NCBI GenBank assembly: GCA_965223845.1
Contig: CBDCXR010000004.1
Span: 7,616,001 to 7,680,000 of the forward strand
Origin: Planctomycetota bacterium
GTDB taxonomy: Bacteria; Planctomycetota; UBA8108; SXIK01
Length of the DNA: 64,000 bases
Reading direction: 5' to 3'
In this document: positions 19,903 through 34,699 of the stretch, in pieces
How positions within the stretch are numbered: the stretch's first letter is position 1
How the letters are laid out: the number at the start of each line of letters is the position of its first letter
The notes under the pieces: model-generated
Seen by the model: only the letters and a program-made list of their open reading frames with translations
What the model was told of the DNA's origin: nothing
The model's database searches: none
Translations under genes and position numbers: made by a program

Positions 19903-21570
19903 ATGAGTTCTCGTTCCCGAAGATTCCCTCTCGCGCTCGGAGGAGCTGCGGCCGCGCTTCTTTCCGCCGTCGCGTTTGCTGACCCGACGCCGCAGCGCCC
20001 GGACATCTCCGTGCGGAAAATTGCGGAGTCCGGAGTCGACCGGTCGCCGGTGCGACTCATTCGCGATCCGCTCAGTGGCGATGTCTTCGCGGTCTACCAG
20101 GCGAGCGGCGTCGTCGCTCGCGTCGAGACCGATCGCGATCCCGTCGTGGTCACGAACGTCTACACGCGGGATGACACCGGCGCGGCCGATCCGCAAGGCG
20201 CTGCATTCGGTCCGGACGGGACGCTCTACATCGTGACGAACGCGCGGGTGTCGCGCACCGTCGTCTCGACGATTCGCCGCGGCGTAGCTCTGAGTCCGGA
20301 TTCCGACGAGCGCGAGTGGTCGACACTCGCCGAAACGGTGAGCTATCCGCGAAGCCGGTACTTCGGCCATCTCTTCAATGGAATCGTCGTGAGCCCGGGC
20401 GGCGAATTTGTCTTCGTGAACAGTGGCTCGCGCACCGATCACGGCGAGGTTCAAGACGCGTTCGGCGACGCACCGGGCCTGAGGGAGATTCCACTCACGT
20501 CGGCGATCTTTCGCCTGCCGGCAGACGGGGAGAACATCGTCCTCGAGAACGATGCGGAGGCGCTCGAGCCGTACCACTACGCCGACGGGCTGCGAAACAG
20601 CTTCGATCTCGCTTTCGACGCGGCGGGACGACTCTTCGCGACGGAGAACTCGTCCGATCGCGACGATCCCGAGGAGCTCAACTGGATTCGACCGGGCCGG
20701 CACTACGGCTTTCCCTGGCGCCTCGGCGGGAACGACAATCCGGCGACGAGCCCCGATTACGATCAGGACGCCGACCCGTTCCTACAGGACGGCTCCTTCG
20801 CAAAGAGCGTCGGTCTCTACGCGCCCGACGCGAGCTTTCCGCCTCCTCCGCCGGGGATTGAGTTCACCGAAGCGATCGCGAACGACGGACCTGATGCCGA
20901 TGTTCTACGCGACGTCGACACCGGTGTCGTTCGGGACGGAACCGATCGGGATGCGGGCGTCGGAACGTTCACTGCGCACCGATCGCCGCTCGGACTCGTG
21001 TTCGATCGCGATAGAGCGCTCGGCGGAGACCTCACCGGCGACGGGCTTTGCCTCTCGTGGACGGGCGGAAGCGACAGCCTCCTCACGGTCATGGGCGACC
21101 CCGGAGAGGATCTTCTTCACCTGGAGATCCGCGAAGAAGGCGGCGCATTGCGCCTTCACGCGACCGCGATCGTCACCGGCTTCGACAACCCGGTCGATGC
21201 GGTACTGGTCGGGAATCGACTCCTCGTCCTCGAGACGTCGGGAGCCGGCGCGATCTGGGAGGTCGAGCTCCCGGCGAGCACGCGAGCCCGCTTTCGCCGC
21301 GGCTACGTCAACGCCGACGAGGCGCTCGACATCTCGGATGGAGTCAAGGTCCTCTTCTATCTCTTCTCGGACGGCGAGGTCACGTGCCTCGATGCCGCGG
21401 ACGTGAACGACGACGGATCGGTCAACATCGCGGATGCCGTGTTCCTCTTCGCGCATCTTTTCGAGCTCGGTCCGGCGCCGGCCTCTCCACACGCGGCGTG
21501 TGGCGTCGATCCCAGCGGCGACGCCGGTGAAGACCTCGGCTGCGAGAGCTTCGATCGCTGTGAGGGCTAG
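19903..21570 (+). CDS. Secreted PQQ/glucose-sorbosone-dehydrogenase-like beta-propeller with a C-terminal dockerin-like domain
   Basis: Signal peptide (AFA-D), GLRNSFDLAFD, EELNWIRPGRHYGFP, HRSPLGLVF, and a C-terminal FRRGYVN..ISD / AADVNDDGSVNIAD duplicated EF-hand. Confidence 0.85.
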   Translation: MSSRSRRFPLALGGAAAALLSAVAFADPTPQRPDISVRKIAESGVDRSPVRLIRDPLSGDVFAVYQASGVVARVETDRDPVVVTNVYTRDDTGAADPQGAAFGPDGTLYIVTNARVSRTVVSTIRRGVALSPDSDEREWSTLAETVSYPRSRYFGHLFNGIVVSPGGEFVFVNSGSRTDHGEVQDAFGDAPGLREIPLTSAIFRLPADGENIVLENDAEALEPYHYADGLRNSFDLAFDAAGRLFATENSSDRDDPEELNWIRPGRHYGFPWRLGGNDNPATSPDYDQDADPFLQDGSFAKSVGLYAPDASFPPPPPGIEFTEAIANDGPDADVLRDVDTGVVRDGTDRDAGVGTFTAHRSPLGLVFDRDRALGGDLTGDGLCLSWTGGSDSLLTVMGDPGEDLLHLEIREEGGALRLHATAIVTGFDNPVDAVLVGNRLLVLETSGAGAIWEVELPASTRARFRRGYVNADEALDISDGVKVLFYLFSDGEVTCLDAADVNDDGSVNIADAVFLFAHLFELGPAPASPHAACGVDPSGDAGEDLGCESFDRCEG

Positions 21571-21619
21571 GCCGGCGGAGCGAGCCCGGATCCGCTCGCT
21601 CTCGCGTTCGCGCGCGCTC

Positions 21620-22072
21620 TTGGCTTCGTTCTCGACCGCGGTCGTCCTTCAGCTCGCGGCGTGCTCGACTCCCCCGACGATCGCGCGGGAAGCGGGGCCG
21701 GGCGGTGCGATCATTCGCGCAGGCCCGTTTTCCCTCGCCTGGCTGCGCGAGCTCACCTTTGAAGCGACGGTCGTCGAGAATCCGGACGGAAGCGATATCC
21801 CGCCGGACGTCGTCTATGCCCACATCACCGGACGCGAGTTCGACGAGCTCCGTCTCGATCTCGACGGCGATCTCGTCACGTTTCATCGGCCGCTCTTTCA
21901 GGCGAACGTCGTACGGCTGCGCGGAGAGGAGTTCGCTCGCATCGCGGGAGCGGCGATGATCCGGGGAAGCTTCGATCGCGGCTGGGGTGAGTTCACAATC
22001 GGGGTGCGCGATCATGATCTCCTTCGGGAGTACGCTCGGCGCATCGGTCTCGCCGAGCCGCGGACGCCCTAG
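21620..22072 (+). CDS. Putative lipoprotein (start uncertain)
   Basis: Hydrophobic stretch with the lipobox LAAC followed by a protein-like sequence. TTG 21620 chosen as the start. Confidence 0.55.
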   Translation: MASFSTAVVLQLAACSTPPTIAREAGPGGAIIRAGPFSLAWLRELTFEATVVENPDGSDIPPDVVYAHITGREFDELRLDLDGDLVTFHRPLFQANVVRLRGEEFARIAGAAMIRGSFDRGWGEFTIGVRDHDLLREYARRIGLAEPRTP

Positions 22073-22092
22073 CTCGCCGTTCGGGTCGCGCG

Positions 22093-23286
22093 TCAGGCGA
22101 CGCCGGGGAACGCCTCCGCATATTTGAGCCCGGTCCCCGTATTGAAGAGGACGACCGCCTCGTCGCGCCGGATGGTTTCGTCGCCGAGGAGGCGCCGGAG
22201 CGCCGCGACGAGTGCGCCGCCCTCGGGCGCGGCGAACAGGCCTTCGGCGCCGGCGAGCTCGAGGGTCGCGGCGATGAGATCGTCGTCGCCGACGGAAACC
22301 GCCGCACCGCCGGACGCGCGGATCGTCCGGAGCATCCATCGGTCACCGATCGGAGTCGGGACGCGCAGACCCGACGCGACCGTACGCGGCGCCGTGGGAG
22401 GGACGAGATCGTCGCTCCCCGCAGCGAACGCATCGGCGATCGGGGCACAGTCCTCCGCCTGCACGGCGTAGTAGCGTGGATCGGGCGTCTCCGGCGGGAT
22501 CCACCCGAGCGCGCGCAGCTCGGCGAAGGCTTTCGCCATGCCGACGAGTCCGGTTCCGCCGCCGGTCGGATAGAGAACCGCGCCGGGGAGCCGCCAGCCG
22601 AGCGATTCGGCGAGCTCGTAGCCCATCGTCTTTTTTCCTTCGACGCGGTAGGGCTCCTTGAGGGTCGAGACGTCGAACCAACCCTCGTCCTCGCTGCGCT
22701 CGGCCAGCCACTTGCCGCAATCGGCGATCGTCCCTTCGACGAGTTCGACGCGCGCGCCACAGGCGGCGGCTTCGAGCCGGTTCGCGCTCGGGACGTCGGT
22801 CGGCATCGCGATGACAACCGGAAGTCCGGCCCGCGCGCCGTACGCGGCGAGCGCACCGCCCGCGTTGCCGGCGCTCGGAGCGCAGAGCGCCCGCGCGCCG
22901 AGTGAGCGCGCCATCGAGACGGCGACGGTCATTCCGCGCGCCTTGAACGACCCCGTCGGGTTTTGCCCCTCGTCCTTGATCAAGAGTCGGTCGAGGCCGA
23001 CCGCCGCCGCGATGCGCGGCGCGTCGAGGAGCGGCGTGTCGCCCTCGCCGAGGGTCACCGGTGATTCGTGAGCCGCGAGCGGAAGAAGCTCGCGCCAGCG
23101 CCAGAGCCCGGGCGACGACATGTGACCTCGTCGCGCGGAGATCTCCTCGCGTGAAACGGACGATCCGGCCCGCTTGAGGTCGTAACGGACGACGAGTGGA
23201 CGCCCGCAATCGAGACAAGTCCGGCGGAGTCGATCCGCCGCGACGCGGGTCGAGCACTCGGTGCAGGAAAGATTGCTCACGAACAT
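22093..23286 (-). CDS. thrC: Threonine synthase (Zn-ribbon type, fold-type II PLP)
   Basis: N-terminal CxxC..CxxC, LWRWRELLP, TLGEGDTPL, NPTGSFKARG, SAGNAG, EGKKTMGYE and NTGTGLKY motifs. Confidence 0.88.
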   Translation of the reverse strand: MFVSNLSCTECSTRVAADRLRRTCLDCGRPLVVRYDLKRAGSSVSREEISARRGHMSSPGLWRWRELLPLAAHESPVTLGEGDTPLLDAPRIAAAVGLDRLLIKDEGQNPTGSFKARGMTVAVSMARSLGARALCAPSAGNAGGALAAYGARAGLPVVIAMPTDVPSANRLEAAACGARVELVEGTIADCGKWLAERSEDEGWFDVSTLKEPYRVEGKKTMGYELAESLGWRLPGAVLYPTGGGTGLVGMAKAFAELRALGWIPPETPDPRYYAVQAEDCAPIADAFAAGSDDLVPPTAPRTVASGLRVPTPIGDRWMLRTIRASGGAAVSVGDDDLIAATLELAGAEGLFAAPEGGALVAALRRLLGDETIRRDEAVVLFNTGTGLKYAEAFPGVA

Positions 23287-23433
23287 CGAACGTGGATTCC
23301 AGGGGGTGATCGAAAGGCCGTGAGCTTACTCGATTCCGGTGCATCGGACGAGTGGGCGAATCCGACCTCCCGCGTGCTTCCCGATCACACCGTCGCTATG
23401 ATGCAGAGCGTCCCACGATCGAGAGAGAGCCAG

Positions 23434-25257
23434 ATGAACTCAAGCACTCGCGCAGGTTTCGTTTCCGTCGTGTTCTCCTCGTGGCTCGCGGCTCTGTTGC
23501 CCGCGCCACCGACGATCGTCGCCGAAGACGGCCCGACCGCGCTCGGCGCCACCGTGCCCAGCTTCGCGATCAAGGACATTCGATTCGTCGCGAAGTCGCA
23601 GCGCGACTTCGGCGAGGCGCCGGTAGTGGTCTACGTTTTCATCGATACTCGCTGCCCCGTCGCTCTCAAGTATCTCCCGAAGATCGAAGCGCTGTGGCGA
23701 GAGTATCTCGATCGCGGAGTCGTGTTCGCGGGCGTGAACGCGAGCGAGCGCGACGGGATGGTCGAGGTCGCAGCACAGGCTCTCGAGTACGGGCTCACGT
23801 TTCCCGTCCACAAAGACTTCGATCAATCCGCACGACGGGCCCTCGGAGTCCAGCGGACACCGGAGGTGGCCGTCGTCGATCGAAACGGGAAGCTTCGCTA
23901 CCGCGGCGCCGTCGATGAGCAGTTCAACACGGCCGGTAGTCGTCCTCGCGCCGGCCGCGAGTATCTCCGCGAAGCGATCGACGCGCTGCTCGCGACGAAG
24001 GCGCCGGCGGTCGAGGAGACGCGCGCCGACGGCTGTCTCATCACTCGCGCGCGTTCGGCGGCTCGACCCGGAATCACGTACGCAAGGCACGTCGCTCCGA
24101 TTCTCCAGAAGAACTGCCAGAGCTGTCACCGGCCGGGCCGGGCCGCTCCGTTTTCGCTTCTCGATTACGACGACGCGGCGGCGGTCGCGGACATGATCGC
24201 CGAGGTCGTCGCCGAGGGGAGAATGCCGCCTCGCTTCGCGGATCGGCGCTACGGCGAGTTCGTCGGTCACGAGCGGCTCTCGCGGCGGGACGTCAGCGTG
24301 ATTCGAGCGTGGGCGATCGCCGGCGCTCCGCTCGGTGACGAGAAGGACCTTCCCCCGCCGATCGATTGGCCGAAGAGCGAGTGGGGAATCGATGCGCCGG
24401 ATCTCGTCCTCGAGATCACCGAGGAGTTCGGCGTCCCGGCGACCGGCTACGTCGACTACCACTACGGAAAGCTGCGGAAGGTCGGCGAGACGGTTGAGTA
24501 CCGCGTGCCTCACGATACCTGGGTGAACCAGATCGAAGTCCTGCCGGGGAATCGCCGCGTCGTCCATCACGCGAATCTTCTCCTCGCGCATCCGAAGCTC
24601 GCGGGGGGACGCGAGATCCTCGTCACGGGCTACGTTCCCGGAGGAGACGTGACGCGTTACGGAGAACGCCAGGGGATCCGTCTCCCCGCGGGTGCCACAC
24701 TTCGTCTCCAGCTTCACTACACGACGACGGGCAAGAAAGAGCGCGATCGCACTCGGGTCGGCATCGTCTTCAGCAAGGAACCGGTCGATCGTCAGGTGCG
24801 AACTCTCCATCTCATCAACTCCGAGTTCGAGATCCCTCCCCGCGTGACCGCGCACGAGGTCCGCTGCCGCGGGACGATCGATCGTCCGATCATCGGCAAG
24901 GCTCTCTTCGTCCACATGCATCTCCGCGGCCGCGACATGACGTTCGTCGCGACGTATCCGGACGGCCGGACGGAGACGCTCCTCAGCGTTCCGAACTACA
25001 ATTTCGACTGGCAGATGGCGTACCGCTGGGCGGACGACGCAAAGCGCTTTCCCGCCGGCACGCGATTCGAGACGATCTCGCACTACGACAACTCGAGGTT
25101 CAACCCGTTCAATCCCGACCCGACGCAGACGGTTCGCGAAGGACGGCAGAGTTACCACGAGATGAACTACGGGTTCCTCTTCTACGTCGACGCGGCGGAA
25201 AAACTGGACATCCGCGTCGACCCGAAGTCTGGGCGTCCGCTCGCAGCGGGGGATTGA
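23434..25257 (+). CDS. Secreted redoxin + cytochrome c + copper type-II monooxygenase-like fusion protein
   Basis: Signal peptide, AhpC/TSA-like domain (RCPVA, TPEVAVVD, LRYRGAVD), heme motif CQSCH, and VVHHA, QLHY, HMHLRG and HEM copper-ligand patterns. TATGAT -10 at 23397. Confidence 0.85.
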   Translation: MNSSTRAGFVSVVFSSWLAALLPAPPTIVAEDGPTALGATVPSFAIKDIRFVAKSQRDFGEAPVVVYVFIDTRCPVALKYLPKIEALWREYLDRGVVFAGVNASERDGMVEVAAQALEYGLTFPVHKDFDQSARRALGVQRTPEVAVVDRNGKLRYRGAVDEQFNTAGSRPRAGREYLREAIDALLATKAPAVEETRADGCLITRARSAARPGITYARHVAPILQKNCQSCHRPGRAAPFSLLDYDDAAAVADMIAEVVAEGRMPPRFADRRYGEFVGHERLSRRDVSVIRAWAIAGAPLGDEKDLPPPIDWPKSEWGIDAPDLVLEITEEFGVPATGYVDYHYGKLRKVGETVEYRVPHDTWVNQIEVLPGNRRVVHHANLLLAHPKLAGGREILVTGYVPGGDVTRYGERQGIRLPAGATLRLQLHYTTTGKKERDRTRVGIVFSKEPVDRQVRTLHLINSEFEIPPRVTAHEVRCRGTIDRPIIGKALFVHMHLRGRDMTFVATYPDGRTETLLSVPNYNFDWQMAYRWADDAKRFPAGTRFETISHYDNSRFNPFNPDPTQTVREGRQSYHEMNYGFLFYVDAAEKLDIRVDPKSGRPLAAGD

Positions 25258-25399
25258 CCCCCGCCGCTGACTCGGCTCCCGCTTCGCCGTTGCCCGCCGG
25301 CGGCAACAATCCTCGCCCTCAGCGCGATTCCACTCTCGATCTTCGCGCGGGATTCCGTACCATCTCCCCCTTCATTCCTCTCTGAGACGTTTTCGATTC

Positions 25400-27112
25400 A
25401 TGCAGCCCACGACTCGAGCCGAGCTCGACCGCGCCCTCGGCGTGCTCGCGAAGAACAAAGAACACTGGACGCGATTGAGCGTCTCCGACCGCGTGGGCAT
25501 TCTGCAGCGCATTCGGGAGCGGACGACCGAGTTCGCCGAGGACTGGGTGCGCACGGCCTGCGAGCTGAAGGGGATCGCGCCCGGCGGCTCGACGAGCGGA
25601 GAGGAGTGGATCGGCGGTCCGGCGATGGTGATCCGAAACGCTCGGCTCCTCGAGAAGTCGCTCCGGGAGATCGGCGAACGAGGTCGACCGCATCTCGCGC
25701 GCGGAGCCGTGCGGTCGCGGCCGAGCGGCCAGGTGGTGGCGCGAGTCTTTCCGCACGAGCCGCTCGATCGCGTCGTCTACGCCGGCTTCAGCGCGGATGT
25801 GTGGATGGAGTCTTCACTCGAGGAAAGCGCCCTCGGCGACCGAGTCGCGGCGACCTACCGCGAGACTTCCGGCGGCGGACGCATCTCCCTCGTCCTCGGC
25901 GCCGGGAACGTCTCCTGCATCGGCCCGATGGACGTCCTCTACAAGCTCTTCGTCGAGAACGAAGTCTGCATCCTCAAGATGCATCCCGTGAACGAGTCGA
26001 TCGGACCGTGGATTGAAGAGAGTCTCTCGCCCCTCGTCAATGAGGGGTACCTCCGGGTCGTCTACGGTGGGAAAGAAGTGGGCGAGTACCTCGTCGACCA
26101 CTCCGCCGTCGACGCGATCCACATCACCGGTTCGGCGGAGGTTCACGATTCGATCGTTTGGGGGGCACCGGGAGGCGAGCAGGAGGCGGCAAAGATCGTC
26201 GGGAAACCGCTCCGGCGGAAGGAAGTGACGAGCGAGCTCGGGTGTGTGACGCCGGTCATCGTGACGCCGGGTCGCTGGACCGAGAAGCAGATCTCGTTCC
26301 AGGCCGAGAACGTCGCGTCGATGCTCGCGAACAATGTGTCCTTCAATTGCAACGCGGCGAAAGTGCTGATTACGAGCTCGAAGTGGCCGCTGCGGCGCCG
26401 ATTTCTTCAGCGGCTCGAGAACGTGCTCGCGACGCGACCGACTCGACTCGCGTACTATCCCGGGGCCGAGGCGAAGTACGAGCGCTTCATCGATCGCTAC
26501 CCGCGCGCGCATCAGCTCGGGAGTCGGGAGGACGGACGTCTTCCCTGGGCACTGATCGCCGATCTCTCGCCGCGCGATGGAGATGATCTCGCGTACCGCG
26601 TCGAGGCGTGGTCGCCGATCCTCGTCGAGACTCCGCTCCCCGAGGCGGATGTCGACGATTTCCTCACCGCTGCGGTCGAGCTCGCGAACGATCGACTCTA
26701 CGGAACTCTCAGCGCCTCGCTCATCGTCGACCCCTCCACGCGAAAGCGTCGCGCGGTGTCGATCGACCGCGCGATCGAGAGGCTCCGTTACGGGAGCGTC
26801 GTCGTCAATCACTGGGGCGGACTCGCCTTCGGCCTCACCGTTACGCCTTGGGGCGCGTTCCCGGGACACTCGCTCGACGAGATCGGAAGCGGACGCGGCA
26901 TCGTTCATAATACGGCGCTCTTCGATTGCCCGGAGAAGGCGGTGATCGAAGGGCCGTTCGTCGTCAAGCCGAAGCCCGCGTGGTTCGTGACGCATCAGAA
27001 CGCGGCGGCCGTCGGTCGGCGTCTCGTCGATTTCGAGGCGCGGCCATCGGCGCGAACGCTCTCGCGTCTCACGCGAGCGAGTCTCGGATCTCGACCTCAA
27101 GTCGTCCGTTAG
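25400..27112 (+). CDS. NAD-dependent aldehyde dehydrogenase family protein
   Basis: LVLGAGN, LKMHPVN, HITGS, SELGCVTP, SFNCNA (catalytic Cys) and LYGTL motifs. Confidence 0.88.
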   Translation: MQPTTRAELDRALGVLAKNKEHWTRLSVSDRVGILQRIRERTTEFAEDWVRTACELKGIAPGGSTSGEEWIGGPAMVIRNARLLEKSLREIGERGRPHLARGAVRSRPSGQVVARVFPHEPLDRVVYAGFSADVWMESSLEESALGDRVAATYRETSGGGRISLVLGAGNVSCIGPMDVLYKLFVENEVCILKMHPVNESIGPWIEESLSPLVNEGYLRVVYGGKEVGEYLVDHSAVDAIHITGSAEVHDSIVWGAPGGEQEAAKIVGKPLRRKEVTSELGCVTPVIVTPGRWTEKQISFQAENVASMLANNVSFNCNAAKVLITSSKWPLRRRFLQRLENVLATRPTRLAYYPGAEAKYERFIDRYPRAHQLGSREDGRLPWALIADLSPRDGDDLAYRVEAWSPILVETPLPEADVDDFLTAAVELANDRLYGTLSASLIVDPSTRKRRAVSIDRAIERLRYGSVVVNHWGGLAFGLTVTPWGAFPGHSLDEIGSGRGIVHNTALFDCPEKAVIEGPFVVKPKPAWFVTHQNAAAVGRRLVDFEARPSARTLSRLTRASLGSRPQVVR

Positions 27113-27216
27113 CACGCGAGTTTTCCCCGTCGAGAGATCGCTCCGAGGAAGCGACGGAAGACGAAGACTTGAGCGTCGCGTGCCCTCGGGGTGAGTGAAC
27201 GCTTCGACGGAGGCCG

Positions 27217-28584
27217 TCACGAGGGCGCGGAGGTCTCCGAATGCGTCTCGGGGTCGCTTTCGAGCGCGTTTGCCGCGCGTACGATGAGCTCGCGTACGGA
27301 TATTCCGTTCAGTGCTTCGATCGCGGACGGATGGGCGAATACTCGCACGCGCTTTACGTAGTCGTCGAACTGTTCGCGTGCGAGCGCTCGAACGACCGGC
27401 GACACGTCCTCGAAGCGCCGGTAAACGCCCGTCTTCTCGAAGAAAATGTCGATGTTGAACTCGACCTCCTTCGCAACGGGAGGCGCGTCGAAGAGGATCG
27501 CGTCGGCCGCGATGTCCTCGCCCGCTGCGGCCGACGCCAGCGCCGCAAACTCCTCGGAGAGGCGAACGAGCCAGGGATACGGGCGCCGGGCGACCCGTTC
27601 GTAGAGATCGCGCTCCTCGAAGTAGCTGTATTGGGCGAGACGTTTGTAGAGGATTCGCCGCGGACCGAAGAGGCCCCCGACGAGGCCGACGCACGGGCTC
27701 CCTTCGGCGGCGTGCTCGAGCGCGCGCGCCATGCCGTCGTCGCTGAGCTGAAAGAGCGACGGCAAGTCGAGCGACGGGAGAAGTCGGTAGAACGCGCGCT
27801 GAAGCATCGCCGTGCCCGCGCGGACGCAGTGGTGCCAGTAGACTTCGCTGAACATCACGTAGCGGGCGAAGACGAGCAGCTCGGCCGCGGTTTTTCCCTT
27901 CTCGCTGAGCGCGAGGCCGTCGCCGTCGCGATTGAGGCGGAGGCTCTTGATCAGTCGCTCGACATCGAAATTCCGGCCGTACGGAACTCCCGCGTGGAGA
28001 CTGTCGCGCATCAAATAGTCGAGCTTGTCGACGTCGACCGGACCGGAAAGGAGACTCGAAAGCAACCGCTCGGAAGGCGTGGTGCCGGTCTCGCCGAGTA
28101 GGCGAAGAATCTCATCCGAGGAGAAGCCCCAGTCGTTTTCGAGGAGCGTTGCCACTTCGGGCGACTGCAGGTGCGTCCGGCAGAACTCTTCGTGTCGCGG
28201 AATGTCCGGAAGCGCGAGGTCCTCGATCGGATGGCAGTACGGCCAATGCCCGAGGTCGTGGAGCAAGGTGGTCACGAGGAACTGCTCGACCTCCGGTGGC
28301 GATACGATCGCGCGGAAACGCTCGTCCTCGCTCAGTTGATCGACGACGAGGAGTCCCATGCGGTAGACGCCGAGAGAGTGCTCGAAGCGGGAGTGAGTCG
28401 CGCCGGGGTAGACGAGTGGAACCAGCCCGAGCTGCTTCACCGAGCTGAGACGGCGAAAGGCCGTGGTGTCGATGAGGCGACGCACGCGCGACGTCAGAGG
28501 GACATCGACCTCCGGAGGGATGCGCACCGTACCGCCGGGCGCTCGCAGAGCTTCGAGCTCTGGGAGCGCGCGAATCTCGTTCAC
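27217..28584 (-). CDS. HD-domain phosphohydrolase (SAMHD1/dNTPase-like)
   Basis: FRRL..VKQLG..LVYPGATHSRFEHSLG, LLHDLGH, DVDKLDYLMRDS and RYVMFSEVYWHH motifs. GTG 28584 follows GAAGGAGG. Confidence 0.9.
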   Translation of the reverse strand: MNEIRALPELEALRAPGGTVRIPPEVDVPLTSRVRRLIDTTAFRRLSSVKQLGLVPLVYPGATHSRFEHSLGVYRMGLLVVDQLSEDERFRAIVSPPEVEQFLVTTLLHDLGHWPYCHPIEDLALPDIPRHEEFCRTHLQSPEVATLLENDWGFSSDEILRLLGETGTTPSERLLSSLLSGPVDVDKLDYLMRDSLHAGVPYGRNFDVERLIKSLRLNRDGDGLALSEKGKTAAELLVFARYVMFSEVYWHHCVRAGTAMLQRAFYRLLPSLDLPSLFQLSDDGMARALEHAAEGSPCVGLVGGLFGPRRILYKRLAQYSYFEERDLYERVARRPYPWLVRLSEEFAALASAAAGEDIAADAILFDAPPVAKEVEFNIDIFFEKTGVYRRFEDVSPVVRALAREQFDDYVKRVRVFAHPSAIEALNGISVRELIVRAANALESDPETHSETSAPS

Positions 28585-28613
28585 CGATCCTCCTTCGCTC
28601 GCCGAGCGATCAC

Positions 28614-32768
<4,155 letters not shown>

Positions 32769-33040
32769 GCGTTCTTCTTCCGCCCTCGACGAGCCTCCCG
32801 GCGCGGCGCGCGCGGGATTGCTCGGTCGACTACCCGGATCGTAGGGAATGCCATCGCGTTGCCCCGAGGCGACCGGCGTGCGGCCAGTCGGAATCTCCTC
32901 GCTGTCGTCGCGTTGGGGCCACTATTCGGATTGTAGCGGACCCATCCGGTCGAGGACACTCGGGACCGTCCCTCGGAGCGACCGGGAGAACGGAGAACCC
33001 GCGCCGTCCGCGCGTCGGGTGAGCCGTCGGTACGAGGTTT

Positions 33041-34699
33041 TCAGCTCTTTCCCGGCTCGCAGAGGCAGGAGCTCGTCGGGCGCTCGATCACCCGCGCCCA
33101 CGCCTTCTCGAGTCGCTCGGCGAACTCGGCCGCTTCCGCGACCCGGTTTTGTGCTTCGAGAGCCTGCTTGAGCCCGAGGAGAGACCATGTGTTTCCGGGG
33201 TGCCGCTCCTGGTCCTCGCGGTAAAGACGCTCGGCTCCCGCGTACTGTTTTGCGGACATGAGGAGCGCTCCCATCGCGTGACGGACGGGAAGCATCCAGC
33301 CGGGAGGCTCGTCGTAGATCAGCTTGTCTTCCGCCTCGATTCCCTCGCGAAGGGCGCGCCAAGCGTCGTCGAGTCGTCCTTCGCGGAACGCGAGCTCGCC
33401 CGCCAGCATCGCGCGGGCGATCGGGAGGACATCGCTCACCTTGTTGTTGAAGATGAACCACTCACCGGGAACCTTCGCCGCGGCTTCTTCGAACTTCGCG
33501 ATCTCCGCGCGGACTTCCTCCGTGCGCCCGAGCGCCGAGAGTGCGATCCCTCGTGCGTAGTAGTGCACCGCACGCGAGACGAGGCGGTGCTCCGCGGGGA
33601 GCGGCTCGGCGAGGACTTCGTTCCACTTCCCGAAGCGGATGAACACGTGGTAGTTCGTCGGCATGATGCCTTCGATCAGTCCGGCGAAGGCCTTCAGCAC
33701 GTCTTCGGGCATGTCGCGTTCGAGATCGCGAGCGGCCTTGATCGCGGGCTCGAAGCGACCTTCCATCATCGAGGCGTACGCGAGGAAGTGTTGATTGTGT
33801 GCGTAGTAGACGAGATAGAGCTGCGCTGGCGGCGCGACCTCGAAGTAGGCCCGATCCGCGGCGACCGCGCGCACGTTGGCGTCGGCGGCATCGCCGTAGC
33901 GACCGACGCGGGAATAGATGTGCGACGGCATGTGAACGAGATGACCCGCTCCCGGCACTCGCGCTTCGAGGCGTTCGGCGTACGGGACGGCTTTTTCCGG
34001 ACTCGGGCCGGCCTCCTGCGCATGGATATAGAGATGCGCCGCACCGGGATGGTCGGGATGCGCGGCGAGGACGTGCTCGATCGCGGCGACGAATTCGAGC
34101 GTGCGGCCCTTGGGATCCCGGTGCTCCGACCAGTAGTCCCAAGGCTGGAGATTCATCAGCGACTCGGCGAAGAGCACGCCGACTTCGGGATCGTCGGGGA
34201 ACTGAGTGTGCACCGATTTCATCGCGTCGGCGTACGCCTCGTCGTAGGGACGCTGCTCCGCCGGTGCGGGCCACGTGTAGCGCTTCGCGACCGCTTCGAC
34301 GAGTGCGTGCTCGAGCTCCGTCTCGTCATCGAGCAGAGCCAGCGCTTGTCGCGCTGCTCGGTGTGCGTTCTCCCAGCGCTCCTCGGTCATGATCGGGTCG
34401 TTGATGTTCATCCCGTACGAGAGGGCGATTCCCCACCAAGGCATCGCGGCCTCGGGATCGCGCGCTGCGGCCTCCCGGAAGGATCGGATCGCTTCGTCGT
34501 GGTTGAACCCGAAAACGAGCTGGAGTCCCTGGTCGAACCAGCGCTGCGCGTCCGCGGAGTCGGTCGTGATCGCCCGGTGGTAGCGGTCGAGGCCGTCGTA
34601 GAGCCGCGCCCCGGTCGAGCCGGGTTCGACGATTTCGATCGGGGTGCAGGAGGTGAGACCGAGGAGTGCGGCAAACGTCAAACCGAAACGCGCGTTCAT
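33041..34699 (-). CDS. TPR-containing lipoprotein of unknown function
   Basis: Lipobox LTSC after MNARF, then AQRWFDQGL..VFGFNHDEAIRSF, HPGAAHLYIH, GHLVHMPSHIY and helical repeats. Confidence 0.82.
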   Translation of the reverse strand: MNARFGLTFAALLGLTSCTPIEIVEPGSTGARLYDGLDRYHRAITTDSADAQRWFDQGLQLVFGFNHDEAIRSFREAAARDPEAAMPWWGIALSYGMNINDPIMTEERWENAHRAARQALALLDDETELEHALVEAVAKRYTWPAPAEQRPYDEAYADAMKSVHTQFPDDPEVGVLFAESLMNLQPWDYWSEHRDPKGRTLEFVAAIEHVLAAHPDHPGAAHLYIHAQEAGPSPEKAVPYAERLEARVPGAGHLVHMPSHIYSRVGRYGDAADANVRAVAADRAYFEVAPPAQLYLVYYAHNQHFLAYASMMEGRFEPAIKAARDLERDMPEDVLKAFAGLIEGIMPTNYHVFIRFGKWNEVLAEPLPAEHRLVSRAVHYYARGIALSALGRTEEVRAEIAKFEEAAAKVPGEWFIFNNKVSDVLPIARAMLAGELAFREGRLDDAWRALREGIEAEDKLIYDEPPGWMLPVRHAMGALLMSAKQYAGAERLYREDQERHPGNTWSLLGLKQALEAQNRVAEAAEFAERLEKAWARVIERPTSSCLCEPGKS

